From positions 6,641-70,640 of the IMG/VR virus record IMGVR_UViG_3300012943_000033: a DNA stretch of 64,000 bases; one strand, given 5' to 3'. Position numbers and translations under genes: made by a program. The stretch is from a virus (taxonomy: Duplodnaviria; Caudoviricetes). Positions 63,888 through 64,000 of the stretch are shown here, piece by piece. Numbering within the stretch: position 1 is the stretch's first letter; the number at the start of each line of letters is the position of its first letter. The notes under the pieces are model-generated. The model saw only the letters and a program-made list of their open reading frames with translations. It was not told the DNA's origin and did no database searches.

Positions 63888-64000
63888 TCCTTTTTCAATT
63901 CTGCCGCGATCATGGCGGCGTAGACGGACAGGTCATAGACCGAATCGTGGTGGGTCATGCCGCTATTGACGAACCGTACCAATTTGGCGACCACGCGCTC
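63884..64000 (-). CDS. C-terminus of a helical phage protein (DUF6378/nucleotide-modification-associated-like); start lies outside the window
   Basis: Manual translation ...KLVRFVNSGMTHHDSVYDLSVYAAMI...; D...D...YAA pattern. Confidence 0.5.
   Translation of the reverse strand, partial: ERVVAKLVRFVNSGMTHHDSVYDLSVYAAMIAAELKKD

Noticed and set aside
1-64000. tRNA genes
   Set aside because: No cloverleaf with a T-loop GTTCRA and acceptor stem found by eye; tRNAscan-SE would be needed to exclude them fully.

Overview
The whole window is part of a GC-rich tailed dsDNA phage genome, a contractile-tailed myovirus. Its head, neck, sheath, baseplate and replication genes resemble the PB1-like (Pbunavirus/Lindbergviridae-like) group; this is recognised from memory of family motifs, not from a database search. 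Layout: (i) 1-2838, a + strand block with three signal-peptide genes; (ii) ~2886-16369, a - strand early region of many small genes driven by repeated sigma70-type promoter/RBS cassettes; (iii) large terminase at 16578-18026, followed by a short - strand island containing a VOC/glyoxalase-like gene; (iv) 20786-53580, the + strand virion module; (v) 53637-64000, a - strand replication/nucleotide module (ligase, NUDIX-like, SSB-like, SNF2 helicase, nuclease, DnaE, DEDDh exonuclease, SDR). I found no integrase, repressor, tRNA or CRISPR array. The most striking feature is a 1121-aa portal ORF whose C-terminus is an intact type IB DNA topoisomerase. A capsid-processing-like 'AMD' motif and an 'HPRAENGQFG' motif precede this domain, and a translationally coupled small acidic gene follows it. 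Other notable features are a scaffold plus three paralogous chaperone-bearing receptor-binding proteins, a trio of secreted low-complexity proteins, a dispersed palindromic 25-bp element, and a possible nucleotide-modification gene set.
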